Positions 1 to 10,251 of a stretch of DNA of 64,000 bases are shown here, piece by piece; position 1 is the first letter of the stretch; each line of letters opens with the position of its first letter. The notes beneath the pieces were generated by a model. That model was not told where the DNA came from, made no database searches, and saw nothing but the letters and a program-made list of their open reading frames with translations. Location of the stretch: the NCBI GenBank assembly GCA_038227435.1, contig JBBRPW010000001.1, positions 9,632 through 73,631 on the forward strand. Reading direction: 5' to 3'. Origin of the DNA: Minisyncoccia bacterium (GTDB lineage Bacteria; Patescibacteriota; Minisyncoccia; Phycocordibacterales; CALRBL01). Made by a program: the position numbers and the translations under genes.

Positions 1-292
1 TTCCAGTGTCATATAAGGTCTCTGTTCCAGGGCTAAACACTCCTGCAGTGCCTGAGTTTGAAGCGGTTAAAATCTCACGTTGTCCGTTAGTGGGAGTTAG
101 GATTAGTTGACCTGTTGAACTAATGAGTATTGCGTTTTGTGAATCTAGTCCGTTCGGTAAACTTCTCGGGTTTGATATAAATAGATTTGATCCTGTTGGA
201 ATCACGTTTGATGCGTTTGAAATTTGATACGTACCAAAAAATACACATACAGTAAATAAAACCGTTAAAGCGTATCTTTGTGCCCTATTCAT
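1..292 (-). CDS. Partial CDS (N-terminal part present, runs off the window start). Secreted hypothetical protein with a hydrophobic signal/anchor segment (MNRAQRYALTVLFTVCVFFG...).
   Basis: Manual translation of the minus strand from the ATG at 290-292 is open to position 1. It is absent from the ORF track because there is no stop codon in the window. Confidence 0.4.
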   Translation of the reverse strand, partial: MNRAQRYALTVLFTVCVFFGTYQISNASNVIPTGSNLFISNPRSLPNGLDSQNAILISSTGQLILTPTNGQREILTASNSGTAGVFSPGTETLYDTG

Positions 293-317
293 TTACAATA
301 TTGTATCATGCTTAAAA

Positions 318-350
318 ATAAAAACTGTGGTAAATCCACAGTTTTTATTT
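318..350. terminator. Hairpin AAAAACTGTGG-taaat-CCACAGTTTTT flanked by A and T runs; bidirectional rho-independent terminator downstream of the 402..1604 gene.
   Basis: Perfect 11-bp inverted repeat with a flanking T tract, seen directly in the sequence. Confidence 0.5.
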
Positions 351-401
351 AAATAAATTATTAAAATATTTTTTAAATAAACTATTTCAAGTTACTCTGT
401 A

Positions 402-1604
402 TTATTTTGAAAATGCTTTACTTAGTGCTGTTTTAACCAATTGATTTACCAAAGCACTAATTACTTGATCAAATTTTGTTGCAAGTATTGTTCTATCTAA
501 ACCAATTCCAGTTATCTTTGATGCAGCATCAGCAATTGTTTTTCCAGGAGTAACAACTTCACAATCTTTGCTTTCGCCGATTACTTTTCCACTCGCATCT
601 TTATCTTCCTTCCAATCTCCACATTTCTCATATGATAAGAAGCCGTTGTTTTGACCAATTCCAACCTGAATCGTGTTTTGTTTTTGTTTTACTGATAAAT
701 CAATTGAATCAACAGATAATATATAAAGCCCCTGCTTATTATTTTGAAGATTTTGACTAACTGAATAGAAATTAGACCAATTTGCAGCAGCAGGCGCTCC
801 TTTAACAAAAGCTTGAAATCCTTGTTGAGTTTTCATAATTTGGGAGAGCGTACACTGAGTGCCACTTCCTTTACTACCTCCTCCTCCGTATTGATTGGCC
901 AATCCTATTGCCACCTCTATTTTAATAGGTTGACATGCATTTACTCCCAAAGTGCCATTAACTAAGCTTCCAATGAAAGCACCAGCCTCTCGATCTGCTA
1001 AATTTTTAAAGAATGCTGTTGGATTTCTTAAAAATGCAGGATTTCCGTTAAAACCACCATTAATCCAGGCAATTGTTGAGTCAGCTATATATGCAATGAT
1101 TGCATTAATGAAACAATACCCAACTGAATCCCAACTAATTCCAACGGGTACTCCAAAAAAAGAAATTCCGGCTTGCGCCTGAGACTCAGTACTTGTAATC
1201 CCTACCTTTACGGCACTTTCAGCAATTGATCCGATTGCTCCTGTGATAGCCCGTGAAACTGCTTGTCCCAAGATTCCTCCGATACACGACCCAGCAACAC
1301 TGCTTGATTGTGAAGTAGAAGCTACACCACCATTCTGTACCCCGTATGAAGGTGGTTGAACATAACGAAAAGTTCCATCTGGGTTTTTGATGATGCCTGG
1401 AGCTAATTCTCGTGATCCAGGTGCATTTTGACCCGGACTGCCGGGGGTACTTTGCGCATCAACTCTATTTATTTGAAAAGGTACTGAAAAAACGAGCACT
1501 CCTATCACCAAAATCGAAGAAATAATTCTTACTCCGTGAATTCGAGCATTTTTTTTAATCATTCTGTAAAAATTTGAAAAAATCATTGCAATGTTGTTTA
1601 TCAA
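402..1604 (-). CDS. Hypothetical secreted/membrane-anchored protein (N-terminal TM helix, Gly/Ser-rich).
   Basis: 400-aa ORF with an N-terminal hydrophobic helix and low-complexity G/S/Q regions. No family recognised. Confidence 0.55.
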   Translation of the reverse strand: MINNIAMIFSNFYRMIKKNARIHGVRIISSILVIGVLVFSVPFQINRVDAQSTPGSPGQNAPGSRELAPGIIKNPDGTFRYVQPPSYGVQNGGVASTSQSSSVAGSCIGGILGQAVSRAITGAIGSIAESAVKVGITSTESQAQAGISFFGVPVGISWDSVGYCFINAIIAYIADSTIAWINGGFNGNPAFLRNPTAFFKNLADREAGAFIGSLVNGTLGVNACQPIKIEVAIGLANQYGGGGSKGSGTQCTLSQIMKTQQGFQAFVKGAPAAANWSNFYSVSQNLQNNKQGLYILSVDSIDLSVKQKQNTIQVGIGQNNGFLSYEKCGDWKEDKDASGKVIGESKDCEVVTPGKTIADAASKITGIGLDRTILATKFDQVISALVNQLVKTALSKAFSK

Positions 1605-1609
1605 CTTTA

Positions 1610-2461
1610 TTATTGTCCAACTGTTTTATACCAAAGCGCACCAGCATCATTAGTATTAAAAATTATACCATTTATTTTAAAATAATTTACAATTTTGTCA
1701 GTAATTGAAGCTCTGTTTGATTCAAGATCACTAAAACTTTTAATCGCCAGCACTCCTTTTGCAGGATCTTTTTTATATTGATTCACAACAATAAGTGCAC
1801 CATAAGATGCTGAAAAATTATTAATTAAATCAAGATGAGCCTGAGCAATTTCGGTGGGAACAGGAACCGATAATAATTTTTTTGCCAATGTATTATAAAA
1901 TAAAATTCCCTCTTCATTCGTTGGAAATGAATTTCGATTAGTTAAACTTTTTCCTTCATTAACGTAAATTTCTGCCGTCTTATTCGCATAATCCTTAATT
2001 TCATCTTTATTCTTAGGGCTAAATATGGAAATATTCGATTGGTTATATTGAACAACATCTATATTTACATTTAAGTTTTCAAGCGCCTTATTAATAATTT
2101 CTGTGTCATCACTTGATTCAAGACTTCCAGATTGACCTTTAGCTAAAATTTCCGTACTTAATCCTTGTGCGATTCTCGTAGTTAAATTATTAGGATCAAG
2201 TAATGCGGCTTGAGCTGGAGAAAGTGTGTCATCGGTAGTTGATGCACCCGCCCACAAGCCCGAAGGTAAATTACTTAATGAAGCACTGTTCTGACTCGGA
2301 TTATTCGTTCTATTATCCACAGTGATATGCGCTGTATCGGTTTTTTTTGAAAAAAACCTCTCTTTATTTGCGAGCACAAACTGAGCTCCAAAGAAAAGAA
2401 AAAAAGCAGTTAAAACCGAAATCATTCCATATAAAACTTTTTTTGATGGGAGCGAAACCAT
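1610..2461 (-). CDS. Hypothetical secreted protein (N-terminal TM/signal).
   Basis: 283-aa ORF with a hydrophobic N-terminus, packed tightly against its neighbour. Confidence 0.55.
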   Translation of the reverse strand: MVSLPSKKVLYGMISVLTAFFLFFGAQFVLANKERFFSKKTDTAHITVDNRTNNPSQNSASLSNLPSGLWAGASTTDDTLSPAQAALLDPNNLTTRIAQGLSTEILAKGQSGSLESSDDTEIINKALENLNVNIDVVQYNQSNISIFSPKNKDEIKDYANKTAEIYVNEGKSLTNRNSFPTNEEGILFYNTLAKKLLSVPVPTEIAQAHLDLINNFSASYGALIVVNQYKKDPAKGVLAIKSFSDLESNRASITDKIVNYFKINGIIFNTNDAGALWYKTVGQ

Positions 2462-2544
2462 GTCTATACTTTATCACAAAATTAAATCAAAAATTAAATA
2501 TCTTTGTTCTTATTTCGTATTCACGATTATGATATACTTTCGTC

Positions 2545-3453
2545 ATGAATCGTTCGTACTTTTTAGGTTTATTTGTTGGATTATGCATAATCGGTGCTTT
2601 TTTCTATGCATCACGTGTAATTGGAGAAACCACAATAACAAATGTATATACAAATCCGGCCGTTACACAAAATTTGTCTAACTCTCGCCCTGGGCAGCCT
2701 ATTCGTATTATTGAACCAGCGGAAGGCAATGATTATTCAGAATACCCCTATCTTTACCCCGTTACTTTGGGTTTACGTTTAGGAAATACGGGAAATCCAG
2801 TGAGATCGCTACAGGTAATATTAAATAATGACTCTGATACACAGGTTGGAGCGCGTGGAGCTGGGTCAGCCGGCTTCGAAACCACATCGTTTGGCTCAAA
2901 AACCAGACTTGCTTTATTGAAATTTCAACGAAAATACGCCTTATTTCAAACAGGATATGTAGATTTGGCAACATTTAATAAAATAAACCTTCTATTAAGT
3001 GGGGTAGATACTAATGCAACAAGTACCGCGGCGACACTGATTGGTCAAGCTGCAAATGCACCCCAAAGTGTATTCAGTAATTATTTTTCAAACTACCCCT
3101 CTAGTCTTAATGGACCCACAATTACAACTGTTACCCCTACAACTGTTCATGACGGAGACACTGTAACAATTACAGGCACTGGTTTTTTGGATTTAAATAA
3201 AATAACTACCGGATTCGATCATTTTGATGATGTTCCATCAACAGACGGTAGAACAATTACCTTTGTGTTTAGAAGTAGATTGCAGACTGATACGAACCGG
3301 CAAATCGCAGCATCAGGTAATTCAAGAAGACAATCTGAAGTAAGGGCGGCGTTCGAAAGATATACCGCAAATCGCCCATTTCCTTTTTTCCTTATGGTTA
3401 GTAATGGAAATGGAACAAGCAATACCTTTAGAGGTATATTTCAACTTAGATAA
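2545..3453 (+). CDS. Secreted protein with a putative peptidoglycan-binding (PG_binding_1-like) segment.
   Basis: N-terminal TM helix. The motif TRLALLKFQRKYALFQTGYVDLATFNKI resembles the PG-binding domain 1 consensus. Confidence 0.5.
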   Translation: MNRSYFLGLFVGLCIIGAFFYASRVIGETTITNVYTNPAVTQNLSNSRPGQPIRIIEPAEGNDYSEYPYLYPVTLGLRLGNTGNPVRSLQVILNNDSDTQVGARGAGSAGFETTSFGSKTRLALLKFQRKYALFQTGYVDLATFNKINLLLSGVDTNATSTAATLIGQAANAPQSVFSNYFSNYPSSLNGPTITTVTPTTVHDGDTVTITGTGFLDLNKITTGFDHFDDVPSTDGRTITFVFRSRLQTDTNRQIAASGNSRRQSEVRAAFERYTANRPFPFFLMVSNGNGTSNTFRGIFQLR

Positions 3454-3460
3454 TTAATAT

Positions 3461-3907
3461 ATGTCAAAAATAACCAAACAATTTTTTAGAGGATTAATTA
3501 CATCTGTTTCTTTGGGAATAATTTTCTGGGCACAAAGTATTGCAACAACTGCAACTGCTCAAACAATTATCATTCAACCCTATGGAGGAACAATTACAAG
3601 TGAAAATCCCGAAGTTTGTTGTAACGGAATTCTTTTTGAAGAAGAAAAGATAAGTGAAAATAGTATCGCCAACTTCTCGGAGGACAAAAAGTTATTTGAT
3701 ACTATTCAGATGGTTAATCAAGCTGAAGGGTCCGGACTTAAATCTGAATATTCAACAAGTAAGAAAACCATAACACTTCTAAATGAAATTCCTTTGATCG
3801 GTATATGTATTACTATTGATTCTGAATGTGAACAACCTAAAAAAGACACAGTTGCTTCTTATGTTTTAATGATGGGAACCACTTTACCAGATCAGGGGTT
3901 AATTTAA
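3461..3907 (+). CDS. Hypothetical secreted protein.
   Basis: 148-aa ORF with a signal-like N-terminus. Confidence 0.45.
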   Translation: MSKITKQFFRGLITSVSLGIIFWAQSIATTATAQTIIIQPYGGTITSENPEVCCNGILFEEEKISENSIANFSEDKKLFDTIQMVNQAEGSGLKSEYSTSKKTITLLNEIPLIGICITIDSECEQPKKDTVASYVLMMGTTLPDQGLI

Positions 3908-4824
3908 TTTCTAATTTCCATTCCTTCAAAAAGTTTTTTCCAATTTTCAATATTCATATCTTCAGCTCGACTTTTTAAATTTATAGAAAGTTCGCTAAAA
4001 GCTTTTTCCAATTCTAATTTATTATTGCCAGCCTGCACCAAATTATTTAAAAGCATTTTTCGCTTATATTTAAAGGCACTTTTTACAAATTTGAAAAATT
4101 CCTCTTCCTCGTTTTTGTTCGCAAAAGGATTTGAAATATCAAAAATATGAATGATTGCGGAATCAACTTTGGGAGCAGGTGAAAAATATTTCGCCTTTAC
4201 CGTTTCAACATACTTAGGTATTCCAAATATTTTAATGGATATTGAAAGAAGACTCTCCCCTATTTTTTTACCTCTTGATCTTGCAACAATTCTTTCCGCA
4301 ACCTCTTTTTGTACGAGCAGAGTTATTTCTTTAGGTTGGTGTTTTGTTGTTAAAAACTTTCGAATAATTTCGCCAGTAATATAGTAAGGGATATTTGCAA
4401 TAATTTTATATGTTCTTGATCCAATCTTTTCAAAAATTTCATCTGTTATTTTTTCTTCCAAAATATCACCGTGAATTAAAATAAAAATTCCATCTTTGAT
4501 TGCTTGTGCAAATTTTTCTTGTAAAAACAAAAATAAATTATCATCTTTTTCTACTCCAATATAAAAACCATCACTTTTTTTATTTTCCGCCGTAGTATTT
4601 TTATTAATTGCATTTTCACTTCGAATTTTTTCAATAATCCCTTCGGTAATGGCCCCTTTTCCTGGTCCAATCTCGAGAATAATATCTCCATATTGAATAT
4701 TTCCACTTGAAACAATTAATTTTTTAGCAGTTGAAGACGTCAAAAAATTTTGCCCCAAAGATTTTTTTGGTACGTGTTTTACTGGATATTGTTTTTCTTT
4801 TTTATTGTCATCAACGTGTTCCAT
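3904..4824 (-). CDS. rsmA: 16S rRNA (adenine1518/1519-N6)-dimethyltransferase RsmA/KsgA.
   Basis: KKSLGQNFL...LEIGPGKGAITEGI SAM-binding motif typical of KsgA/Dim1. Confidence 0.85.
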   Translation of the reverse strand: MEHVDDNKKEKQYPVKHVPKKSLGQNFLTSSTAKKLIVSSGNIQYGDIILEIGPGKGAITEGIIEKIRSENAINKNTTAENKKSDGFYIGVEKDDNLFLFLQEKFAQAIKDGIFILIHGDILEEKITDEIFEKIGSRTYKIIANIPYYITGEIIRKFLTTKHQPKEITLLVQKEVAERIVARSRGKKIGESLLSISIKIFGIPKYVETVKAKYFSPAPKVDSAIIHIFDISNPFANKNEEEEFFKFVKSAFKYKRKMLLNNLVQAGNNKLELEKAFSELSINLKSRAEDMNIENWKKLFEGMEIRN

Positions 4825-4859
4825 ATAGATATGTTTTTTATTTAAATTTTCCTTATCAT

Positions 4860-6845
4860 TTAAAAATCAATAAAGATTGATTTAATATTTGAAGTTCTTC
4901 CCCGTTCATCTCGAATAAATTTTAATCTATCTTCTTCAATATCAAAAATGAATTCCGACGGTATGTTAACTCTCCTTTCTCCATAAATTGTTCGTAAAGA
5001 TGAATGGGTTAGCCATAGTTTTTGCTCTGCTCGAGTAAGGGCCACATAGAATAATCTTCTCTCCTCCTCCCCTTCTTCGGGCGTGATATTTGTTTGAAAT
5101 GTTCGGCGATGTGGAAATAAATCGGCTTCGAGCCCTGTAATAAAAACAGTATCAAATTCAAGTCCTTTTGAGCCGTGAATTGTCATTAATTTCACTCCCT
5201 CTTTTCTGTCCATTATATCTAAATCACTAGCAAGTGCTGCTTCTTCTAATAATCCTAAAATCCCCTCTCCTCCCTCGAGTAAATCATACTTCGTAGCAAT
5301 TGTTACTAATTCTCTAATGTTCCCTAATTTGTCTTCGTCCTCGTCTTTCCCTTGTTCATACATGGTCTGTAATCCAGTAATATCTAAAACATATTTTAAT
5401 GCATCCGATGGTTTTTTTTGTGCGAGCGCCAATTTAATATTTAATAACATTCCAAAAAAAGTTTCAGCTTTTTGTTTGGGTCCTCCTGTTAACTTCTCTT
5501 CAATAATTTGTTTTGTAAGCGCTAAGCATTCTTCAATATTTTCTTTTTCAAAAGCGGCAATAATTCCGCTTTCAATTATTTTTTCTTCGGTCTGTGTTCC
5601 GATTCCTCGTGCTGGCACATTAATAATTCTTCGAACATCTCCTTCTCCTCCTAAAAGTGCTGCACGAATATACGAGAGAGTATCTTTCACCTCTTTTCGT
5701 TCGAAGTATCTTGTTCCAAAAATGTCATATGTAATTCCGTGTTTAATAAATGCATCTTCAATTACGCGCGATTGAAAGTTTGCTCGAAATAGTACTGCAA
5801 TTTGTTTTGGTTCGATTCCCTCTCTAATTAAATTAAAACAAGTTGATGCAATGTAGTCAGCCTCGTCATTTTCATCTACTGCTCCATATACATTAATTTT
5901 GTCTCCCCCATCTTTTTTGGTAAATAAGTTTTTATCTCGACGATGTTTATTTTTTTTAATTACATCATTTGCTGCTCCTAAAATAATTTGAGTTGAACGA
6001 TAGTTTTCTTCAAGTAAAACAACTGTTGCCTCCGGATAATCTTTTTCAAAATTTAAAATATTTCGAATGTCTGCTCCTCGCCAACTATAAATATTTTGAT
6101 CTACGTCTCCCACAACGCATAAATTTCGATGTGCTGCAGCTAAGTGTTTAGTAATTAGATATTGAACTCGGTTTGTATCTTGATATTCGTCAACATGAAT
6201 ATATTTCCATTGATCTTGATACAACTTCAAAATATCGGGTCGTCGCTCAAATAAAACTAAAGTTTTTAAAAGAAGGTCATCAAAATCAAGAGCTTTCTCA
6301 CGTTTTAAGCAATCTTCATATGCTTCCCATACTCGAAGTGCAATACTTTCTGAATAATCCTTACTCTTGGCTATTTCCTTAAATTGAGCAAGAGTTCTTC
6401 CCTCACTCTTTTCTTTACCGATGCGATGCATAATTACTCCAGGATCATTGGCTTTTGGATCTACTCCGATTCGTTCCATCGAAGATTTTATTGCTCTTTT
6501 GCAATCTGCTTTATCAAAAATCGAAAAATGACGAGGTAAATTGAAAACCTCAGCATGATTTCGAAGTATTTTTACTCCGAGTGCATGAAAAGTAGTAAGA
6601 AGAGGTAAAACTCCAAATTTAAGTCGTCCTTGTACCCGCTCTCGCATTTCTTTCGCTGCTTTATTGGTAAAGGTGATACCAATAATATGTTGGCCACCTA
6701 CTCCCCCTTCAATTAAAGAGATAATTCGCTCTGTAACAGTTTTAGTTTTACCAGCTCCTGCACCAGCTATAATTAGTAATGGTCCCTCGGTAGCCTTCAC
6801 CGCTTTTTGTTGCTCAGAGTTTAATTGTACAAGTCCTGTATTCAT
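4860..6845 (-). CDS. pcrA: ATP-dependent DNA helicase, UvrD/PcrA/Rep family.
   Basis: Walker A GAGAGKTKT, helicase motifs (DEYQDTN, VGDVDQNIYSWRGA) and C-terminal UvrD motifs (TIHGSKGLEFD). Confidence 0.9.
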   Translation of the reverse strand: MNTGLVQLNSEQQKAVKATEGPLLIIAGAGAGKTKTVTERIISLIEGGVGGQHIIGITFTNKAAKEMRERVQGRLKFGVLPLLTTFHALGVKILRNHAEVFNLPRHFSIFDKADCKRAIKSSMERIGVDPKANDPGVIMHRIGKEKSEGRTLAQFKEIAKSKDYSESIALRVWEAYEDCLKREKALDFDDLLLKTLVLFERRPDILKLYQDQWKYIHVDEYQDTNRVQYLITKHLAAAHRNLCVVGDVDQNIYSWRGADIRNILNFEKDYPEATVVLLEENYRSTQIILGAANDVIKKNKHRRDKNLFTKKDGGDKINVYGAVDENDEADYIASTCFNLIREGIEPKQIAVLFRANFQSRVIEDAFIKHGITYDIFGTRYFERKEVKDTLSYIRAALLGGEGDVRRIINVPARGIGTQTEEKIIESGIIAAFEKENIEECLALTKQIIEEKLTGGPKQKAETFFGMLLNIKLALAQKKPSDALKYVLDITGLQTMYEQGKDEDEDKLGNIRELVTIATKYDLLEGGEGILGLLEEAALASDLDIMDRKEGVKLMTIHGSKGLEFDTVFITGLEADLFPHRRTFQTNITPEEGEEERRLFYVALTRAEQKLWLTHSSLRTIYGERRVNIPSEFIFDIEEDRLKFIRDERGRTSNIKSIFIDF

Positions 6846-7108
6846 GAAAAAAGAGATGTTTGATTGAAATGCTAGTCAAAATAATCTAAAAGTACAAAAT
6901 ATTTTGAAATTATTTTATATAATTAGTTATAGCACAAAGCATACTTCAAACTAAGCTTTTTTAATTAGTTTTTCGGTTAAAAATTCATCAAGAAACCGTA
7001 GAGAAAATATAAAGAATTTCTCAAATTAAAGGTTTGACGAATGCTCCCTACTCGGTACAATTACTGATGCACTGAGGCTATTTCCAACCACTCCTCCTCA
7101 AGTGAATC

Positions 7109-8233
7109 ATGTCTCAACACAAATTTAAATTAAACCCTTTAAGTAAGCCACTTTTAAAGGATTCATCGACCGATTTTTTGACCCTTTCTTCGCTAAAAAC
7201 GAAGCAAAAAATACATCTAAACTTAGCCTATATAAAGCTCAGTTCTATTGTTATTACAGTGGTTATGTTGTCTAATTTTAACTACGCTTATGCCCAAGAC
7301 GCAGTGGTTAAAAAAAGTATTCAAACAATGCCTATTTTGCAGGGAATTTCTGTTCCTTCTTCTGAGAACTCAACCTCTTTAAAGCCAAAAGTGAAGGAAG
7401 TAGCTATTTTGGTAGACGGCAACTCTCTTTCCTCAAGACCTCAATCGATAGATAATGGTGAGGAAATTACACAGTCACTAACTGATCTTATCGCTACATA
7501 TGATGTTGAGGAGGGAGACACACTTTCTGAAATTGCTCAAAAATATGGAATTACAGCAAATACAATTGTTTGGGCAAACGACTTAGATTCGAACAAAGCA
7601 CTTAAAAAAGGACAAACTCTTATTATTTTGCCAGTTTCAGGTGTCAAATACGTTATTAAAAAAGGAGACAGTCTAAAAAAGGTAGCCGAAACGTTTAAGG
7701 GTGATGTCGATGAAATTATTTCATACAACAACCTTGCAAATGAAGCAGATATTCAAGTTGGACTCGAAATTATTATTCCAAAAGGAGAAATAACAAAACA
7801 AGTGAGTGTAAAAACATCAAATACTAAGCTTTCTAACATAGGAAAGGACACAAAATCTCTTATTACAGGCAAGGTAGCTAAAGATAACGTTACTGGATAT
7901 TTTATACGACCAACAAAAGGAGTTAAAACTCAAGGCCTCCACGGACACAACGGTATCGACTTCGCTAGCTCACTTAATTCCCCTATTTATGCTGCGGCTT
8001 CTGGAAAAGTAATCATTGTTAAAAATGGAGGATGGAATGGTGGATATGGAACTTATATCGTTATTGCACATAATAATGGAACTCAAACTATGTACGCCCA
8101 CTTAAATGGAGTAAACACCAATCAAGGGGATGTTGTAAATCAAGGCCAAGTAATTGGATTTATGGGAAGTACCGGAGATTCAACAGGGGTTCATATTCAC
8201 TTCGAGGTTCGAGGAGGAGTTAATCCTTTCTAA
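7109..8233 (+). CDS. Peptidoglycan DD-metalloendopeptidase with two LysM domains and a C-terminal M23 peptidase domain.
   Basis: Two LysM repeats (YDVEEGDTLSEIAQKYG..., YVIKKGDSLKKVAETFKG...). M23 motifs HNGIDF...GSTGDSTGVHIHFEV. Confidence 0.9.
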   Translation: MSQHKFKLNPLSKPLLKDSSTDFLTLSSLKTKQKIHLNLAYIKLSSIVITVVMLSNFNYAYAQDAVVKKSIQTMPILQGISVPSSENSTSLKPKVKEVAILVDGNSLSSRPQSIDNGEEITQSLTDLIATYDVEEGDTLSEIAQKYGITANTIVWANDLDSNKALKKGQTLIILPVSGVKYVIKKGDSLKKVAETFKGDVDEIISYNNLANEADIQVGLEIIIPKGEITKQVSVKTSNTKLSNIGKDTKSLITGKVAKDNVTGYFIRPTKGVKTQGLHGHNGIDFASSLNSPIYAAASGKVIIVKNGGWNGGYGTYIVIAHNNGTQTMYAHLNGVNTNQGDVVNQGQVIGFMGSTGDSTGVHIHFEVRGGVNPF

Positions 8234-8249
8234 TTAATTTCTATTAATT

Positions 8250-9779
8250 TTAGGCATTATAAATATGCGATCGATATTGCAAAGATTCTAAGACACAGTT
8301 GTCGTCTACCATTTCTTTATTATCGTAATACGCAATTGTTTCGGCTACTTTTTTAACATTTTCTCTTGATCTTTTAGATAAGGTCATTTTTTTGCACGCA
8401 GTATTCAATATACGTATTGCAGAATCACTAAATTGCAATGACACTCCATCTATTTCGTTTTGTATTTTTAATTTAGTTTTTCGAATATTCTCTTCTAATT
8501 CAGTTCCACATAAAACAGAATCATTTTTTTGAAATAAATTATTTTTTAACCCATTACTATCCCCTCCATCAAGATGTACCCAAATTGGTATTCGATCAAT
8601 TAACGGCTGTGAAATTTTTTTTTGATATTTTGCAATTAAAAATGGATGACACTCACATTTTTTAACTCTGCTTCCATTATTGCCACAAGGACATGGATTC
8701 ATTGTGGCTATGAGCAAAAAATCACAAGGAAGTATTATTGTCTCTTCTCCACGAGCAATACAAATTCTTTTTTCTTCAAGGGGTTGTCTTAGAGCGTTTA
8801 GAGATCTTGAGTCAAATTCGGCTATTTCATCTAATAGTAAAATTCCTTGATGAGCATTTGTTATCTCCCCTATTTTTTTTGATCCTCCAACCATCCCTGC
8901 ATACGAAGCTGTATGATGCGGTGTTCTTATTGGAACTTCCACTAAAGATTCAAGATTCTGAGAAGTGTTGATTGAATTACTTAAGAAATTTAAACGACAT
9001 TTCTCAACCACCTCTTTTTTATTTAAAGAACCAAACAATTCTTTAGCGCAGCTTGAAATCATCGTCTTTCCGCTTCCCGCAGGCCCCCAAAAAACAATAT
9101 GATGTTTTCCTGAAAGAGCTATTGCTAGAGCTCTCTTGGAGAAATTATTATCAGTAATAGTATCTATTTTATATGTGTCATTTCCATGCTGTTTAAATAG
9201 TTTTTCTCCGCTTTTTCCTACCTTAGTTAAAAAAATCTCCCCGTTTAGATTTTTAACCAGTTTTATTTTTTTGAGATGATCAACAATTTCTTTAATATTT
9301 TTTATTGGAAAAATAATAATTCCCTCAATTAATGCAGCTTCTAATTTATTTTCATAAGGAATGTATGCTTCATTTATTTTGTTTCTCACTGCCTCTGTTA
9401 ACATAGTCACAATACCTTTTACCGAACGAACCTCACCATTCATTGAAAGTTCGCCAATAAATATTTTATTTTGCGCCTCAAAATATACTTGTTTTGATGC
9501 AATCATATATCCAACAGCCATGGCTAGATCAAAATACACCCCCTCTTTTTTTAAGTGAGCCGGAGCCAACGCAAATGTTATTTTTTGATTTTGCGTTTTA
9601 GGAGATATAAAACCACTATTTTTTAAAGCTCCAGATATTCGTTCTCTCGCTTCGATAACAGACTTGTCAGTTAATCCAACAATTGTAAATGAATGAAATC
9701 CCCTACTTACATCTACTTCAACTTTTACGATATTACTATGTGGAATTGCCGGCTGTGCACTTAAAATCTCTGTAAACAT
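8250..9779 (-). CDS. comM: YifB/ComM family Mg-chelatase-like AAA+ ATPase.
   Basis: N-terminal Lon-like domain, Walker A FWGPAGSGKT, MCM/chelatase-like C-terminus. Confidence 0.85.
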   Translation of the reverse strand: MFTEILSAQPAIPHSNIVKVEVDVSRGFHSFTIVGLTDKSVIEARERISGALKNSGFISPKTQNQKITFALAPAHLKKEGVYFDLAMAVGYMIASKQVYFEAQNKIFIGELSMNGEVRSVKGIVTMLTEAVRNKINEAYIPYENKLEAALIEGIIIFPIKNIKEIVDHLKKIKLVKNLNGEIFLTKVGKSGEKLFKQHGNDTYKIDTITDNNFSKRALAIALSGKHHIVFWGPAGSGKTMISSCAKELFGSLNKKEVVEKCRLNFLSNSINTSQNLESLVEVPIRTPHHTASYAGMVGGSKKIGEITNAHQGILLLDEIAEFDSRSLNALRQPLEEKRICIARGEETIILPCDFLLIATMNPCPCGNNGSRVKKCECHPFLIAKYQKKISQPLIDRIPIWVHLDGGDSNGLKNNLFQKNDSVLCGTELEENIRKTKLKIQNEIDGVSLQFSDSAIRILNTACKKMTLSKRSRENVKKVAETIAYYDNKEMVDDNCVLESLQYRSHIYNA

Positions 9780-9842
9780 TCAATTAGTTTACGTGCGAGT
9801 GTATTAAATTTTACTTAAGAATAAATAAAGTTCTAACGAATT

Positions 9843-10211
9843 CTATTTGTCGTTCATGTGTTCAATACAGGTTCTTGCAGATGGGTTTGCATCAAGTCGA
9901 TCTTTTTCAATTTCATGTCCGCTTATCTCACATACTCCATAGGTTCCAGCCTCTATTTTCCCTAAGGCATCATTTACCTCATTTAATTGAATTTGAAGAT
10001 TACCAACAAGGCCGCTATTTGTTTCAAATTCTTCAATTTTATCGGCCGCTTCATTAGGATCTGCCACCATTTCTTCAGCATTTACATCTGCCTTAGTTTC
10101 CCATTCAACATGTTCTTGTCCATTACCTTTAACTGCCATACTATTAAGCTCTTTTTCAATCCGACTTTTTTCAATTTCTAATTTTTCTTTGTATATTTTA
10201 GTTTCAATCAT
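9843..10211 (-). CDS. DksA/TraR-family C4 zinc-finger protein.
   Basis: C-terminal CEISGHEIEKDRLDANPSARTC, a C-x2-C...C-x2-C arrangement preceded by a coiled-coil. Confidence 0.7.
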   Translation of the reverse strand: MIETKIYKEKLEIEKSRIEKELNSMAVKGNGQEHVEWETKADVNAEEMVADPNEAADKIEEFETNSGLVGNLQIQLNEVNDALGKIEAGTYGVCEISGHEIEKDRLDANPSARTCIEHMNDK

Positions 10212-10251
10212 TTCTGAATATTAGCACACAATAGAGTTAGTCTAGAGTAAC